Below the pieces are notes generated by a model. That model had not been told where the DNA came from. It saw only the letters and a program-made list of their open reading frames with translations, and ran no database searches. Source: Ostreococcus tauri (taxonomy: Eukaryota). Taken from it: a stretch of DNA of 14,483 bases. The number at the start of each line of letters is the position of its first letter. Positions within the stretch are counted from its first letter, which is position 1. The stretch lies in contig CAID01000014.2 of assembly GCA_000214015.2 (NCBI GenBank), positions 59,578-74,060 of the forward strand, written 5' to 3'. Below, piece after piece: positions 7,062 through 14,483 of the stretch. A program made the translations under genes and the position numbers.

Positions 7062-7124
7062 CGCGCGCGGACGTGTGAGGAGGGTTGGCGTCTCGCGCGC
7101 GCGTTCGCGGGCGAGCGATTTGGA

Positions 7125-7129
7125 TTACA
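7125..7129 (-). terminator. Putative UGUAA poly(A) signal of UPM1 overlapping its own stop codon
   Basis: The minus strand reads GGT ATT TTG TAA TCC. TGTAA therefore shares its TAA with the stop codon. Confidence 0.45.
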
Positions 7130-8297
7130 AAATACCGTCGGCGTGAATGACTTTCGCGGGTGATTCGTGACGCGTACAGGTAAGATCGACGTCGAGCCAC
7201 GCGCGCCAGTCGTTGAGATCCTCGGGGGCGCGGACGCTGCCGCTGGACGCGATCCAACGCGGGACGCCGTCGACGCCGACGCGGACGCCCGCGGCGTAAG
7301 GCCAGTGCGGACTCAGGACGCACGTCTTGCCGATGATGATCAACGTCGGGGAGACCAACTCGCACTCGCGCGCGGCTTCGGGGAGGTGCTCTATCGAGCT
7401 GAACACACGGCGTTCGTCAACCGTGGTCCCGCGCTCGACGGCCACCGCGGGCGCGTCGCGAGGGAAACCGCTCTCGATGAGTTTTTCGCTCAATCGAGGA
7501 AGCGTGCCGAGACCCATGTAGACGACCAAAGTCGTGTCCGCATCCGCGCTCGTCACCGCGAAATCCACCGGGTCTTCGCCGCGCTCGCGCGCGCCCTCTC
7601 GTAAATGACCCGTGAGCAATCGCACCGACGTCGCGACGCCTCGATGCGTGAGCGGAATCCCGAGCTCGCTCCCCACGCCCGACGCCGCGGTGATGCCCGG
7701 AACGACCTCCACCCGCACGTCCGGATTCTTCTCCCGTAGAAACTCAAACTCTTCGCCACCGCGTCCGAATACCAACGGATCGCCGCCCTTTAACCTCAAA
7801 ATGAGCGCCCCGCGCTCGGCGAACGCCGACAACAGCGCGTGTATCTCCTCTTGCGTCCGCGTGTGAAATCCCGCGCGCTTCCCGACGTACACCATCCTCG
7901 CCTCTGTTCGCACCAGGTTTAATATCTCATTCGACACCAATCTATCGTACAACACCACGTCCGCCCGACGCATCAACTGAAACGCCCGCAAGGTTAACAG
8001 ACCCGGGTCTCCCGGCCCGCATCCCACGATGCACACGCGCGCCGCCGTCGTCGCCCCGTCGCGCGCGTCTTCCCGCGTGGACGTCGTCGCCCATTCGATC
8101 CCACCCACGCCCGCGCGCGCGGTGCGCACGACATCCGCGACGTCGTCGCCGTCGTCCGCGCGCGCGGCGTCGTCGTCGCCGCCGCCGGCGGACGCGCGCG
8201 GACGCCACGCGCGCGCGCGTCGAGCGCGTCGCGCGTCGACGCATCCCGACGCGCGCGCGATGACGTCGAACCCGATGCGCGGCGTCGCGCGCGGCAT
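7125..8297 (-). CDS. UPM1: Uroporphyrinogen-III C-methyltransferase (SUMT, siroheme branch; plant UPM1 / CobA-type) with a putative plastid transit peptide, 390 aa
   Basis: Signature motifs: VCIVGCGPGDPGLLTLRA..ADVVLYDRLV, VYVGKRAGFHTRTQEEI, LKGGDPLVFGRGGEE, VVPGITAASG..GIPLTHRG, PTLIIIGK. The ORF-track start at 8606 is TTG and overlaps the CHP gene. The first ATG, at 8297 (MPRATPRIG..., Arg/Ala-rich), is taken as the start. The TAA stop at 7125-7127 is embedded in TTTTGTAAT. Confidence 0.9.
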   Translation of the reverse strand: MPRATPRIGFDVIARASGCVDARRARRARAWRPRASAGGGDDDAARADDGDDVADVVRTARAGVGGIEWATTSTREDARDGATTAARVCIVGCGPGDPGLLTLRAFQLMRRADVVLYDRLVSNEILNLVRTEARMVYVGKRAGFHTRTQEEIHALLSAFAERGALILRLKGGDPLVFGRGGEEFEFLREKNPDVRVEVVPGITAASGVGSELGIPLTHRGVATSVRLLTGHLREGARERGEDPVDFAVTSADADTTLVVYMGLGTLPRLSEKLIESGFPRDAPAVAVERGTTVDERRVFSSIEHLPEAARECELVSPTLIIIGKTCVLSPHWPYAAGVRVGVDGVPRWIASSGSVRAPEDLNDWRAWLDVDLTCTRHESPAKVIHADGIL

Positions 8298-8457
8298 CGC
8301 GACGCCGAGCGCGAGGCGTGGGCGTCGGGATGTGTCGACATGCGTGTGGGCGAACAGTCTGGGATGTATGACAGCGGCGACGCCGCCGCGCGCGGGTGGT
8401 TTCAATGGGCTCTCGCTTCGTCCACGGCCGACGCCGCCGAAGCGCGCGCGACGGCGC

Positions 8458-9033
8458 TCACGCGTCGTCGTCCACGGGGACGCGCACGGTGGGTAAGGTG
8501 CGATCGACCGCGGAGAGGGCGCGTCGGAACTCGTCAAAGGCGACGCCGCGCGCGGACCCCTCGCGCGCGTCCGCGCGCTCGGCGCGCATCGCCCGTAAAT
8601 CCTCAAACGCTCGGTGTATTAACGCGTTGAAGTCTTCCTCGGACACGCTCGATCCCACGAGATGTCGAGTCATGGTTTCTAAATCGCTTCGCGCGATTTC
8701 GCCGTCCCGGTCGACGTCGTGGCACTGAAACATGAAGCGCAAGCGATCGTCCCGACTCGCTCTCGGTGAGAGCGCGCTTAACATTTTCACGAAATCCTTA
8801 AAGTTTTGATTTTGAAACATCTGCACGATTCTCGGCGCGAGCGGGGAGATGGCGAGCTCGGGGATGGCCATTAATTCATCCTCGGTGAGGAATCCTTTGT
8901 GTCTCTTGTCCAACGATCGGAATCGCGCGTACAGGGCCTGGATCTCTCTCGACGTGAACTTCCCGTCGCAGTGTTGCTGGACGTCCTCGATGTCGTACTG
9001 GGTGAGGTTGAGGGAGGAGGCGGTGAGTCCCAT
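8458..9033 (-). CDS. N-myristoylated EF-hand protein of the calcineurin-B homologous protein (CHP) / calcineurin-B-like family, 191 aa
   Basis: It starts MGLTASS (MGxxxS myristoylation consensus). ..IQALYARFRSLDKRHKGFLTEDELMAIPELAISPL.. is collinear with my recalled CHP1 sequence (ITRLYSRFTSLDK..G.LSREDF..IPELAINPL). There is one canonical loop, DVDRDGEIARSD. The ORF-track extension to 9357 starts at GTG and overlaps APR. TGA stop at 8458-8460. Confidence 0.8.
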   Translation of the reverse strand: MGLTASSLNLTQYDIEDVQQHCDGKFTSREIQALYARFRSLDKRHKGFLTEDELMAIPELAISPLAPRIVQMFQNQNFKDFVKMLSALSPRASRDDRLRFMFQCHDVDRDGEIARSDLETMTRHLVGSSVSEEDFNALIHRAFEDLRAMRAERADAREGSARGVAFDEFRRALSAVDRTLPTVRVPVDDDA

Positions 9034-9209
9034 GGCGGACGCGGCCGCGCGGAGGCGCCGCGCGGGACGGGGGCGAGGCGGAGACTGGGGACGCGAAAGA
9101 GACGCCGACGCGGCTCGGTGGCGCGATCGTTCATCGTTCGCGTGCGTCGTAGGGGGGAGATGTATTGATAAATATGCGTCGAGAACGCGTCGTCTGGCGC
9201 CGTGGCGTC

Positions 9210-10430
9210 TCATATTTTTCCACAGACGCTCTCGATGAAGATTCGCAACGAGTCCGCGTCCCTGCGCTCGCTCCCGAGCTTGATGTATCCGGATCGACCC
9301 TTGGGGAACAGGAGAACGGTCGGGAACGAGTTGAGGGATAGGTTTTCCTTGGCCCACTCCTTTTCGTCGCGATCGGCGCGGAATTTGGCGAACGTGATCC
9401 CGTTCGGCGTGAGGCGCTCCGCCGCGGTTTCATAGCCGTCGACCATGCGTTGGCAGTGCGGACACCACGGGGCGTAGAGCACGGCGAGCGTCGTCTCCGC
9501 GTGCGTCTTTTCATCCCGCAACGCCGCGATCTGGTCGTGCGAGAGCGCGCGTACGAGTTCGTGCTCGAAGATGTCCTCCTCCGTCGCTTCGCGATCCTCT
9601 TGCGTCTTCTTCGCCTCGTCGGATACGTTGCCGCTGTGCAATCCGCACTCCTTGGACGCGGCGTCTTCCCACCACCATCGACCCTCGCGCTCTTGCTGTC
9701 CCGGGAGTACGGCGCGAGTGCACGGCGCACAACCGATCGAGACGTACCCTCGCTCGTGCAAAGCGTTCACGGGCGTGCCCATGACGCGCAAGAAATCCCA
9801 AACCTCGGTCGACGTCATATCCGTGAGCGGATTGTACTTCATCAAACTCCCCTCGCCTCCCTTCGCACCGACGAACACCGGATCGACCTGCGACGCCGGC
9901 ACCGCGTTCCTCGTCCCCGGGCTCTGATCCTTCCTCTGTCCCGTCATCCACGCGTCCAACGTCGCCAGCTTTGCCCGCAACGGCTGCACCTTGCGCACGC
10001 CGCAGCACTCCTTGTGTCCATCCTCGTAAAACGAAAACATCCCCTTTTCATTCACCAGCGCCTTCACCGCATCCGCGTCTGGAAAACAGTACTCAATCTT
10101 TATTCCAAAGTGTTTCTCCACCGCATCGAACAGCTCGTACGTCTCCGGGTTCAACCGTCCCGTGTCCAGCGAGAACACGCGAAACCCCCGTCCCGTGAGC
10201 GCCGCGTACTGAATCACCGCCACGTCCTCCGCCCCGCTGAACGCGATCGCGATTCGATCACCGTGCGTCTCCAACGCGTGATCGACAATCTCCAGCGCCG
10301 TCGCGCGCGCCCGCGCGTCCCTCGCGGGCGTCACTCGCGACGTTCTTCGCGAGGCTTTCACGTCATCGCCAAAAACGCGATTCCTCGCGATGCGCTGGAC
10401 GACCGGGCCCGCGCGCGCGCGCGACGTCAT
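9210..10430 (-). CDS. APR: Plant-type 5'-adenylylsulfate (APS) reductase: transit peptide, PAPS-reductase-like Fe-S domain and C-terminal thioredoxin/glutaredoxin-like domain, 406 aa
   Basis: Signature motifs: [62 protein letters not shown], and the C-terminal [11 protein letters not shown]...[16 protein letters not shown]. The ORF-track start at 10445 is GTG. The first ATG is 10430 (MTSRARAG..., context GCGCGATGA). Confidence 0.93.
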   Translation of the reverse strand: MTSRARAGPVVQRIARNRVFGDDVKASRRTSRVTPARDARARATALEIVDHALETHGDRIAIAFSGAEDVAVIQYAALTGRGFRVFSLDTGRLNPETYELFDAVEKHFGIKIEYCFPDADAVKALVNEKGMFSFYEDGHKECCGVRKVQPLRAKLATLDAWMTGQRKDQSPGTRNAVPASQVDPVFVGAKGGEGSLMKYNPLTDMTSTEVWDFLRVMGTPVNALHERGYVSIGCAPCTRAVLPGQQEREGRWWWEDAASKECGLHSGNVSDEAKKTQEDREATEEDIFEHELVRALSHDQIAALRDEKTHAETTLAVLYAPWCPHCQRMVDGYETAAERLTPNGITFAKFRADRDEKEWAKENLSLNSFPTVLLFPKGRSGYIKLGSERRDADSLRIFIESVCGKI

Positions 10431-10533
10431 CGCGCGTCCGTTCACGATCGTCAGGCGCGCGGCGTTCCGTCGCGCGCGCGATGCCGCGGCGACTGACGCG
10501 TTCGATGCGTCGAAGTGATGAAATCATGCATTG
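10431..10533. promoter_or_regulatory. Head-to-head promoter/5'UTR spacer between APR and DHX16
   Basis: Divergent ATGs lie at 10430 (-) and 10534 or 10585 (+). This is the only stretch in the region without coding support. Confidence 0.5.
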
Positions 10534-13500
10534 ATGACATCCATGAAAACGCCCATCGCCACCGCCCGTCGCGTCGCGGGCGCGATGACGCTCGACGACG
10601 TCATCCGAGACGGCCTCCACGACCTCCTCGGGATGTCCGCGCGCGCGCTCGAGTCCTTCGTCGCGGACGCGGCGTCGAGGGTTGATTTCAATCCACACGC
10701 GTTGACCACCGAGCTCGTCCACGCCGGGCTCTCGAGCGACGACGGCGCGCGCGCGTTCGCCGAGCGCGTGTGCGCGTGCGGTCGCGACGGGCGAGACGCG
10801 CGCGAGCGGGCGCCGAGGGCGGTGGTGGCGGCGGCGGCTGGATCATCATTCGCGGCGGCGGACGCGTACGCGCTCGTGGAGGCGACGCCGTCGAGCTCGG
10901 AGAACGACGACGCGACGGTGTCTCGAGGGCGACGGCGCGCGGAGAAACGTGGGAAGAAGCTGCGGCGACGGGCGGTGGATGACGGGGGGTCGAGCGAGGA
11001 GGACGCGGTGGCGGCGGCGACGCGGCGGGTCGCGCTCGGGCGGGCGCGGGGGACGCGGGACGACGACGCGGAGACGACGCCGGAGAGCGAGAGCGAGGAG
11101 ACGACGCGGCGACGGGAGATGGAGGAGGATGCGCGGGAGCGGGATGCGTTTGAGGAACGGTTGCGGGCGAGGGATGCGGCGAAGACGAAAAAGGTGAATG
11201 AGCGAGAGCCGAGCGAGGCGGAGCGCGCCGAGGCGGAACGACGAGGGGCGCGTCTCGAGAGCGATGCGCAGCGCATGGATCTCGTTCCGGAGCTTCGTAA
11301 GGTGTCGAGACAGGAGTACTTGAAGAAGCGCGAACTCCAAAAACTCGAAGAACTCAAGGAATCGATTCGTGAGACGGAGTACTTTTACGAAGGCCAAGAC
11401 GTGACTGAGGAACAACGGGCGGATCTCGAGAAGAGGAAAAAGGTGTACGAGCTCGCGATGGAACAGATCAATAGCATTAACGAGGCGCTGGAGGAGCGGT
11501 ATCAAATTCCCACGGCGTATGACGATCCGAACAAGCCTAAATCGATGAACGAGCGGTTCGCCGTCGCGAGACAGCGGTACAAGGAGCCGGATCCGGAGGA
11601 CGACGCCAACCCGTTCAAGGATCAGGATCGATGGGAGGCGCATCAGGTGAAGCAAGCGCAGACGCAGTTCGGGGCGAAAAATAAAAAGACAGAGGAGAAG
11701 CAGTACGATCTCCTGTACGACGATCAGATCAAGTTCATTAAGGATGAAATCATGGCGGGAGACGGCGTATCCGATGAGAGCGACGGCGACGACGTCTCCG
11801 ATCGGAGCGACGAGAGCGAGATGGATGAGGAGAAGCGCACGAAGCTGGCGTTGGCAGGGAAGCTTGGAAAGCGGGCGAAGATCGAAGCAGATCGTAAATC
11901 GCTGCCGATTTTCCCATATCGCGATGGTCTCATCAAGGCTGTCGAGGATCATCAAGTCGTCGTCATCGTCGGCGAAACCGGTTCGGGCAAAACGACGCAG
12001 ATTCCTCAATACATGTGGGAGGCTGGCTTCGGTGGGAAGACGCAAAAGATTGGATGCACACAGCCGAGACGCGTCGCCGCGATGTCTGTCGCGGCGCGCG
12101 TCGCCGAAGAGGCTGGGGTCAAGCTTGGACACGAAGTGGGTTACTCGATTCGTTTCGAGGATTGCACAAACGACAAGACTCGACTCAAGTACATGACGGA
12201 CGGTATGCTTTTGCGCGAATTTCTAGGCGAGCCCGATCTCTCTTCGTATGCGGTGATGATGGTGGACGAAGCGCACGAGCGCACCCTGCACACGGACGTG
12301 CTCTTCGGTCTCGTCAAGGACATTGCTCGCTTCCGTCCAGAGATCAAACTTTTGATATCCTCCGCCACGCTCGACGCAGAAAAGTTCAGCGAGTATTTTG
12401 ATTTTGCGCCAATCTTTAGGATTCCAGGTCGTAGGTTCCCGGTCGACATCTTGTACACTCAACAGCCCGAGGCTGATTACGTCGACGCGTCCGTGGTGAC
12501 CATCTTACAAATTCACCTGACGCAACCAGAGGGCGACATCTTGGTATTTTGCACCGGTCAGGAGGAGATTGAAAACATCGAAGAGCTTCTGAAGACGAGA
12601 ATCCATGAGATGGAGAAGAAACCGCCAGAACTCATCATCGCCCCGATATATTCTTCACTTCCGAGCGATTTACAGGCGAAGATTTTTGAGGATCCACCCA
12701 AAGGCGCGCGCAAGGTTGTCTTGGCGACGAACATCGCCGAGACGTCGCTCACGATTGATGGCATCAAGTACGTCATCGATCCTGGGTTTTGCAAGCAGAA
12801 GAGCTATAATCCGCGCACCGGTATGGAATCTCTCGTCGTCACACCGACGTCGCAGGCGAGCGCGTTGCAGCGCGCCGGTCGCGCCGGTCGTACCTCGGCG
12901 GGTAAATGTTTCCGTCTGTACACGGCGTGGAGCTTCCAAAACGAGCTCGACCCGAACACGGTGCCGGAGATTCAACGGACAAACCTTGGGAACGTCGTAC
13001 TCATGCTCAAATCGCTCGGGATCAATGACCTGATGAACTTTGATTTCATGGACCCCCCGCCCGCGGAGACGCTCCTGCGAGCGCTCGAACAGTTGTACGC
13101 TCTCGGCGCGCTGAATGACCGCGGTGAGCTCACAAAGCTCGGACGTAAGATGGCCGAGTTCCCCCTCGACCCAATGCTCTCCAAGACGCTCTGCGCGAGC
13201 GACAAGTACAAGGTGAGCGATGAAGTCATGACGATATGCTGTATGCTGTCTTGCGGCAACGCCGTGTTCTATCGCCCGAAAGACAAACTACAGCTCGCCG
13301 ATCACGCGCACAAAGCGTTTCACATCGGCAATCCCGGTGATCACATCGCACTCTTAAACGTGTACAACTCTTGGCGCGACGCCGATTTTTCCGTGACTTG
13401 GTGTTACGAAAATTTCGTGCAGCAGCGAACGATGAAGACGGCGCGGGACATCCGAGAGCAACTCGAAAAGCTTCTCGAGCGCGTCGAAATCGAGCCCTCG

Positions 13501-13842
13501 TCCAATCCAAACGACATCGACGGCATCAAGAAGTGCATCACGAGTGGCTTCTTCTATCACACGGCCAAGCTGCAAAAGAACGGGAGCTATCGCACGGTGA
13601 AAAATCCGCAAACGGTGGCGATCCACCCCTCGAGCGGACTCGCGAAAGAGCTTCCTCGATGGGTCGTGTACTTTGAGCTCGTGTATACGTCCAAGGAGTA
13701 CATGAGACAGGTGATCGAGATCAAACCCGAGTGGCTCGTCGAAATCGCGCCGCACTACTACAAGAGGAAGGAGATCGAGGGCGAGACGATCAAGATGGGT
13801 AAGGCGGGCACGGGCAAGAAGTCAGACGTCGTCTTGGCGTGA
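10534..13842 (+). CDS. DHX16: DEAH-box pre-mRNA-splicing factor ATP-dependent RNA helicase DHX16 / Prp2
   Basis: Helicase motifs: GETGSGKTTQIPQY, TQPRRVAAMSVA, DEAHERT, SSAT, FCTGQEEI, TNIAETSLTIDG, QRAGRAGR, plus HA2/OB C-terminal regions. The DHX16-type N-terminus has a (L)HDLLGMS start region and ERDAFEERLRARD. There is no S1 domain, so it is not Prp22. The track start at 10531 is TTG. The first ATG is 10534. The ATG at 10585 (MTLDDVIRDGLHDLLG, context GCGCGATGA) aligns better with my recalled DHX16 N-terminus and may be the real start. Confidence 0.93.
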   Translation: MTSMKTPIATARRVAGAMTLDDVIRDGLHDLLGMSARALESFVADAASRVDFNPHALTTELVHAGLSSDDGARAFAERVCACGRDGRDARERAPRAVVAAAAGSSFAAADAYALVEATPSSSENDDATVSRGRRRAEKRGKKLRRRAVDDGGSSEEDAVAAATRRVALGRARGTRDDDAETTPESESEETTRRREMEEDARERDAFEERLRARDAAKTKKVNEREPSEAERAEAERRGARLESDAQRMDLVPELRKVSRQEYLKKRELQKLEELKESIRETEYFYEGQDVTEEQRADLEKRKKVYELAMEQINSINEALEERYQIPTAYDDPNKPKSMNERFAVARQRYKEPDPEDDANPFKDQDRWEAHQVKQAQTQFGAKNKKTEEKQYDLLYDDQIKFIKDEIMAGDGVSDESDGDDVSDRSDESEMDEEKRTKLALAGKLGKRAKIEADRKSLPIFPYRDGLIKAVEDHQVVVIVGETGSGKTTQIPQYMWEAGFGGKTQKIGCTQPRRVAAMSVAARVAEEAGVKLGHEVGYSIRFEDCTNDKTRLKYMTDGMLLREFLGEPDLSSYAVMMVDEAHERTLHTDVLFGLVKDIARFRPEIKLLISSATLDAEKFSEYFDFAPIFRIPGRRFPVDILYTQQPEADYVDASVVTILQIHLTQPEGDILVFCTGQEEIENIEELLKTRIHEMEKKPPELIIAPIYSSLPSDLQAKIFEDPPKGARKVVLATNIAETSLTIDGIKYVIDPGFCKQKSYNPRTGMESLVVTPTSQASALQRAGRAGRTSAGKCFRLYTAWSFQNELDPNTVPEIQRTNLGNVVLMLKSLGINDLMNFDFMDPPPAETLLRALEQLYALGALNDRGELTKLGRKMAEFPLDPMLSKTLCASDKYKVSDEVMTICCMLSCGNAVFYRPKDKLQLADHAHKAFHIGNPGDHIALLNVYNSWRDADFSVTWCYENFVQQRTMKTARDIREQLEKLLERVEIEPSSNPNDIDGIKKCITSGFFYHTAKLQKNGSYRTVKNPQTVAIHPSSGLAKELPRWVVYFELVYTSKEYMRQVIEIKPEWLVEIAPHYYKRKEIEGETIKMGKAGTGKKSDVVLA

Positions 13843-13947
13843 CGAAGCACCAGAAACATCTTAGCACATAGAGAGCCGACGCTTTTTCGTTCACAAATAT
13901 TTGTTAGTGCGAATGAATGATGTGTTGATTTCAATGACTTAATTCGT

Positions 13948-14483
13948 CTACTCCAACGGAACGACGCCCGCGGCGTCGTTGATGAAGCCCGCGAGGCTGA
14001 AGAGCGTCGGGGGCACGGCCAAGCACGCGGCCATGACGGCGGCGCCGACGGCCCAGTCGGAAGCGCCTTCCATCTTGCCTTGGATCGCCTTACCGAACGA
14101 CACCTCACCCGCCGCGTCTACGGTGGTATCGATCGGCTTCACGATGAACGGAATCGCGGCGAGACCGAAGAGAGTCGGCAAGATCTTCTCGACGTCGATC
14201 CCTTGCGCCGCGAGCGCCTCGAACGCCGACGTATCAGCCTTCGCCAACGCCAAGTTCGTCGACGCCACGACGACGCGAATGAACGACCCCGGCCAGAACA
14301 CGCTCGCGAGCATCTGCCACGTCACCGTTTCCGTGGCGACCCCGACGGCTTGGTTCAATCGATCGTCGTCGCCCTCCGCCTGCTTCCAACGCTTCAGCCC
14401 CTTGTCAACCGTGTCCGCCAACACGTACGTCGCCGCGACGCCGTACGTCGCCGGCACGCCCCACGCCGGCAACCACGCGACGA
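13948..14483 (-). CDS. MTFP1: Mitochondrial fission process protein 1 (MTFP1/MTP18) family protein, C-terminal part; start lies beyond the right edge
   Basis: ATYVLADTVDKG..TVTWQMLASVFWPGSFIRV..IPFIVKPIDTTVD is collinear with my recalled MTP18 sequence (SSYVLADAIDKG..FVWQALASVAIPGFTINRV..IPIIIHPIDRSVD). The track 'M' at 14472 is TTG, and the frame stays open to the window end. TAG stop at 13948-13950. Confidence 0.75.
   Translation of the reverse strand, partial: VAWLPAWGVPATYGVAATYVLADTVDKGLKRWKQAEGDDDRLNQAVGVATETVTWQMLASVFWPGSFIRVVVASTNLALAKADTSAFEALAAQGIDVEKILPTLFGLAAIPFIVKPIDTTVDAAGEVSFGKAIQGKMEGASDWAVGAAVMAACLAVPPTLFSLAGFINDAAGVVPLE

Noticed and set aside
8298-8606. Upstream extension of the UPM1 ORF.
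   Set aside because: The track start is TTG, not ATG. The extension overlaps the 3' end of the CHP-like CDS, and this is a eukaryotic gene. The first ATG, at 8297, gives a plausible transit peptide.
9034-9357. Upstream extension of the CHP-like ORF.
   Set aside because: The track start is GTG. The extension overlaps the APR C-terminus in another frame. The ATG at 9033 yields a textbook MGxxxS myristoylation N-terminus aligned with the CHP N-terminus as I recall it.
7125-10430. Four consecutive same-strand genes (APR, CHP-like, UPM1, LSM3) read as a prokaryote-style operon or novel system.
   Set aside because: The products are typical eukaryotic proteins, with transit peptides, a myristoylation signal and an Sm-like protein containing a spliceosomal intron. 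The functions are heterogeneous, and several 3' ends have their own UGUAA signals. Only the UPM1-LSM3 junction is tight enough to merit a check, and it is reported separately.
10846-12132. Long antisense ORFs, including this 428-aa ORF opposite DHX16. Others are 5691..6620(-), 9450..10496(+), 2619..3557(-), 2249..3061(+), 878..1561(+) and 10524..11357(-).
   Set aside because: They lie exactly opposite genes with strong homology. Their products are Arg/Pro/Ser/Leu-rich low-complexity sequences with no recognisable domains. High GC3 in the sense frame depletes stop codons on the antisense strand, and that is the expected cause.
13893-13904. A perfect 12-bp palindrome, ACAAATATTTGT, in the AT-rich convergent spacer between DHX16 and MTFP1.
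   Set aside because: It is a short AT-rich palindrome in a 105-bp 3' intergenic region and is plausible by chance. It has no flanking stem extension and does not recur elsewhere in the window.

Overview
This window is GC-rich, very gene-dense eukaryotic nuclear DNA, not a prokaryotic, viral or mobile-element locus. It holds 10 protein-coding genes (2 cut by the window edges) and one intron-containing tRNA in 14.5 kb, about 89% coding. Spacers are 63-180 bp, apart from one spacer of about 600 bp, and there is a single spliceosomal intron. The gene content (plant-type plastid APS reductase with a C-terminal redoxin domain, UPM1-type uroporphyrinogen-III methyltransferase, spliceosome and Paf1C components), the strong GC3 bias and the compaction point to a prasinophyte green alga of the Mamiellales (Micromonas/Ostreococcus-like). 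That assignment is an inference; I cannot run a search. Gene order: histidine acid phosphatase (+, partial) > RIO1 kinase (-) <> PRP4 (+) > tRNA-Arg(ACG) (-) <> RTF1 (+) >< LSM3 (-, 2 exons) < UPM1 (-) < CHP-like EF-hand protein (-) < APS reductase (-) <> DHX16/PRP2 helicase (+) >< MTFP1-like (-, partial). The supplied ORF track uses GTG/TTG starts, so several ORF N-termini are artefacts and I trimmed them to ATG codons. I found no defence island, CRISPR array, transposon or new multi-gene system, and the window looks like ordinary housekeeping chromatin. The points worth a second look are modest: an unusual intron in tRNA-Arg(ACG), a perfect 35-bp duplicated element in the only long spacer, a microsatellite-framed intron in LSM3, a 63-bp gap between tandem genes with a UGUAA signal fused to a stop codon, and co-location of splicing genes and of sulfur-assimilation genes.
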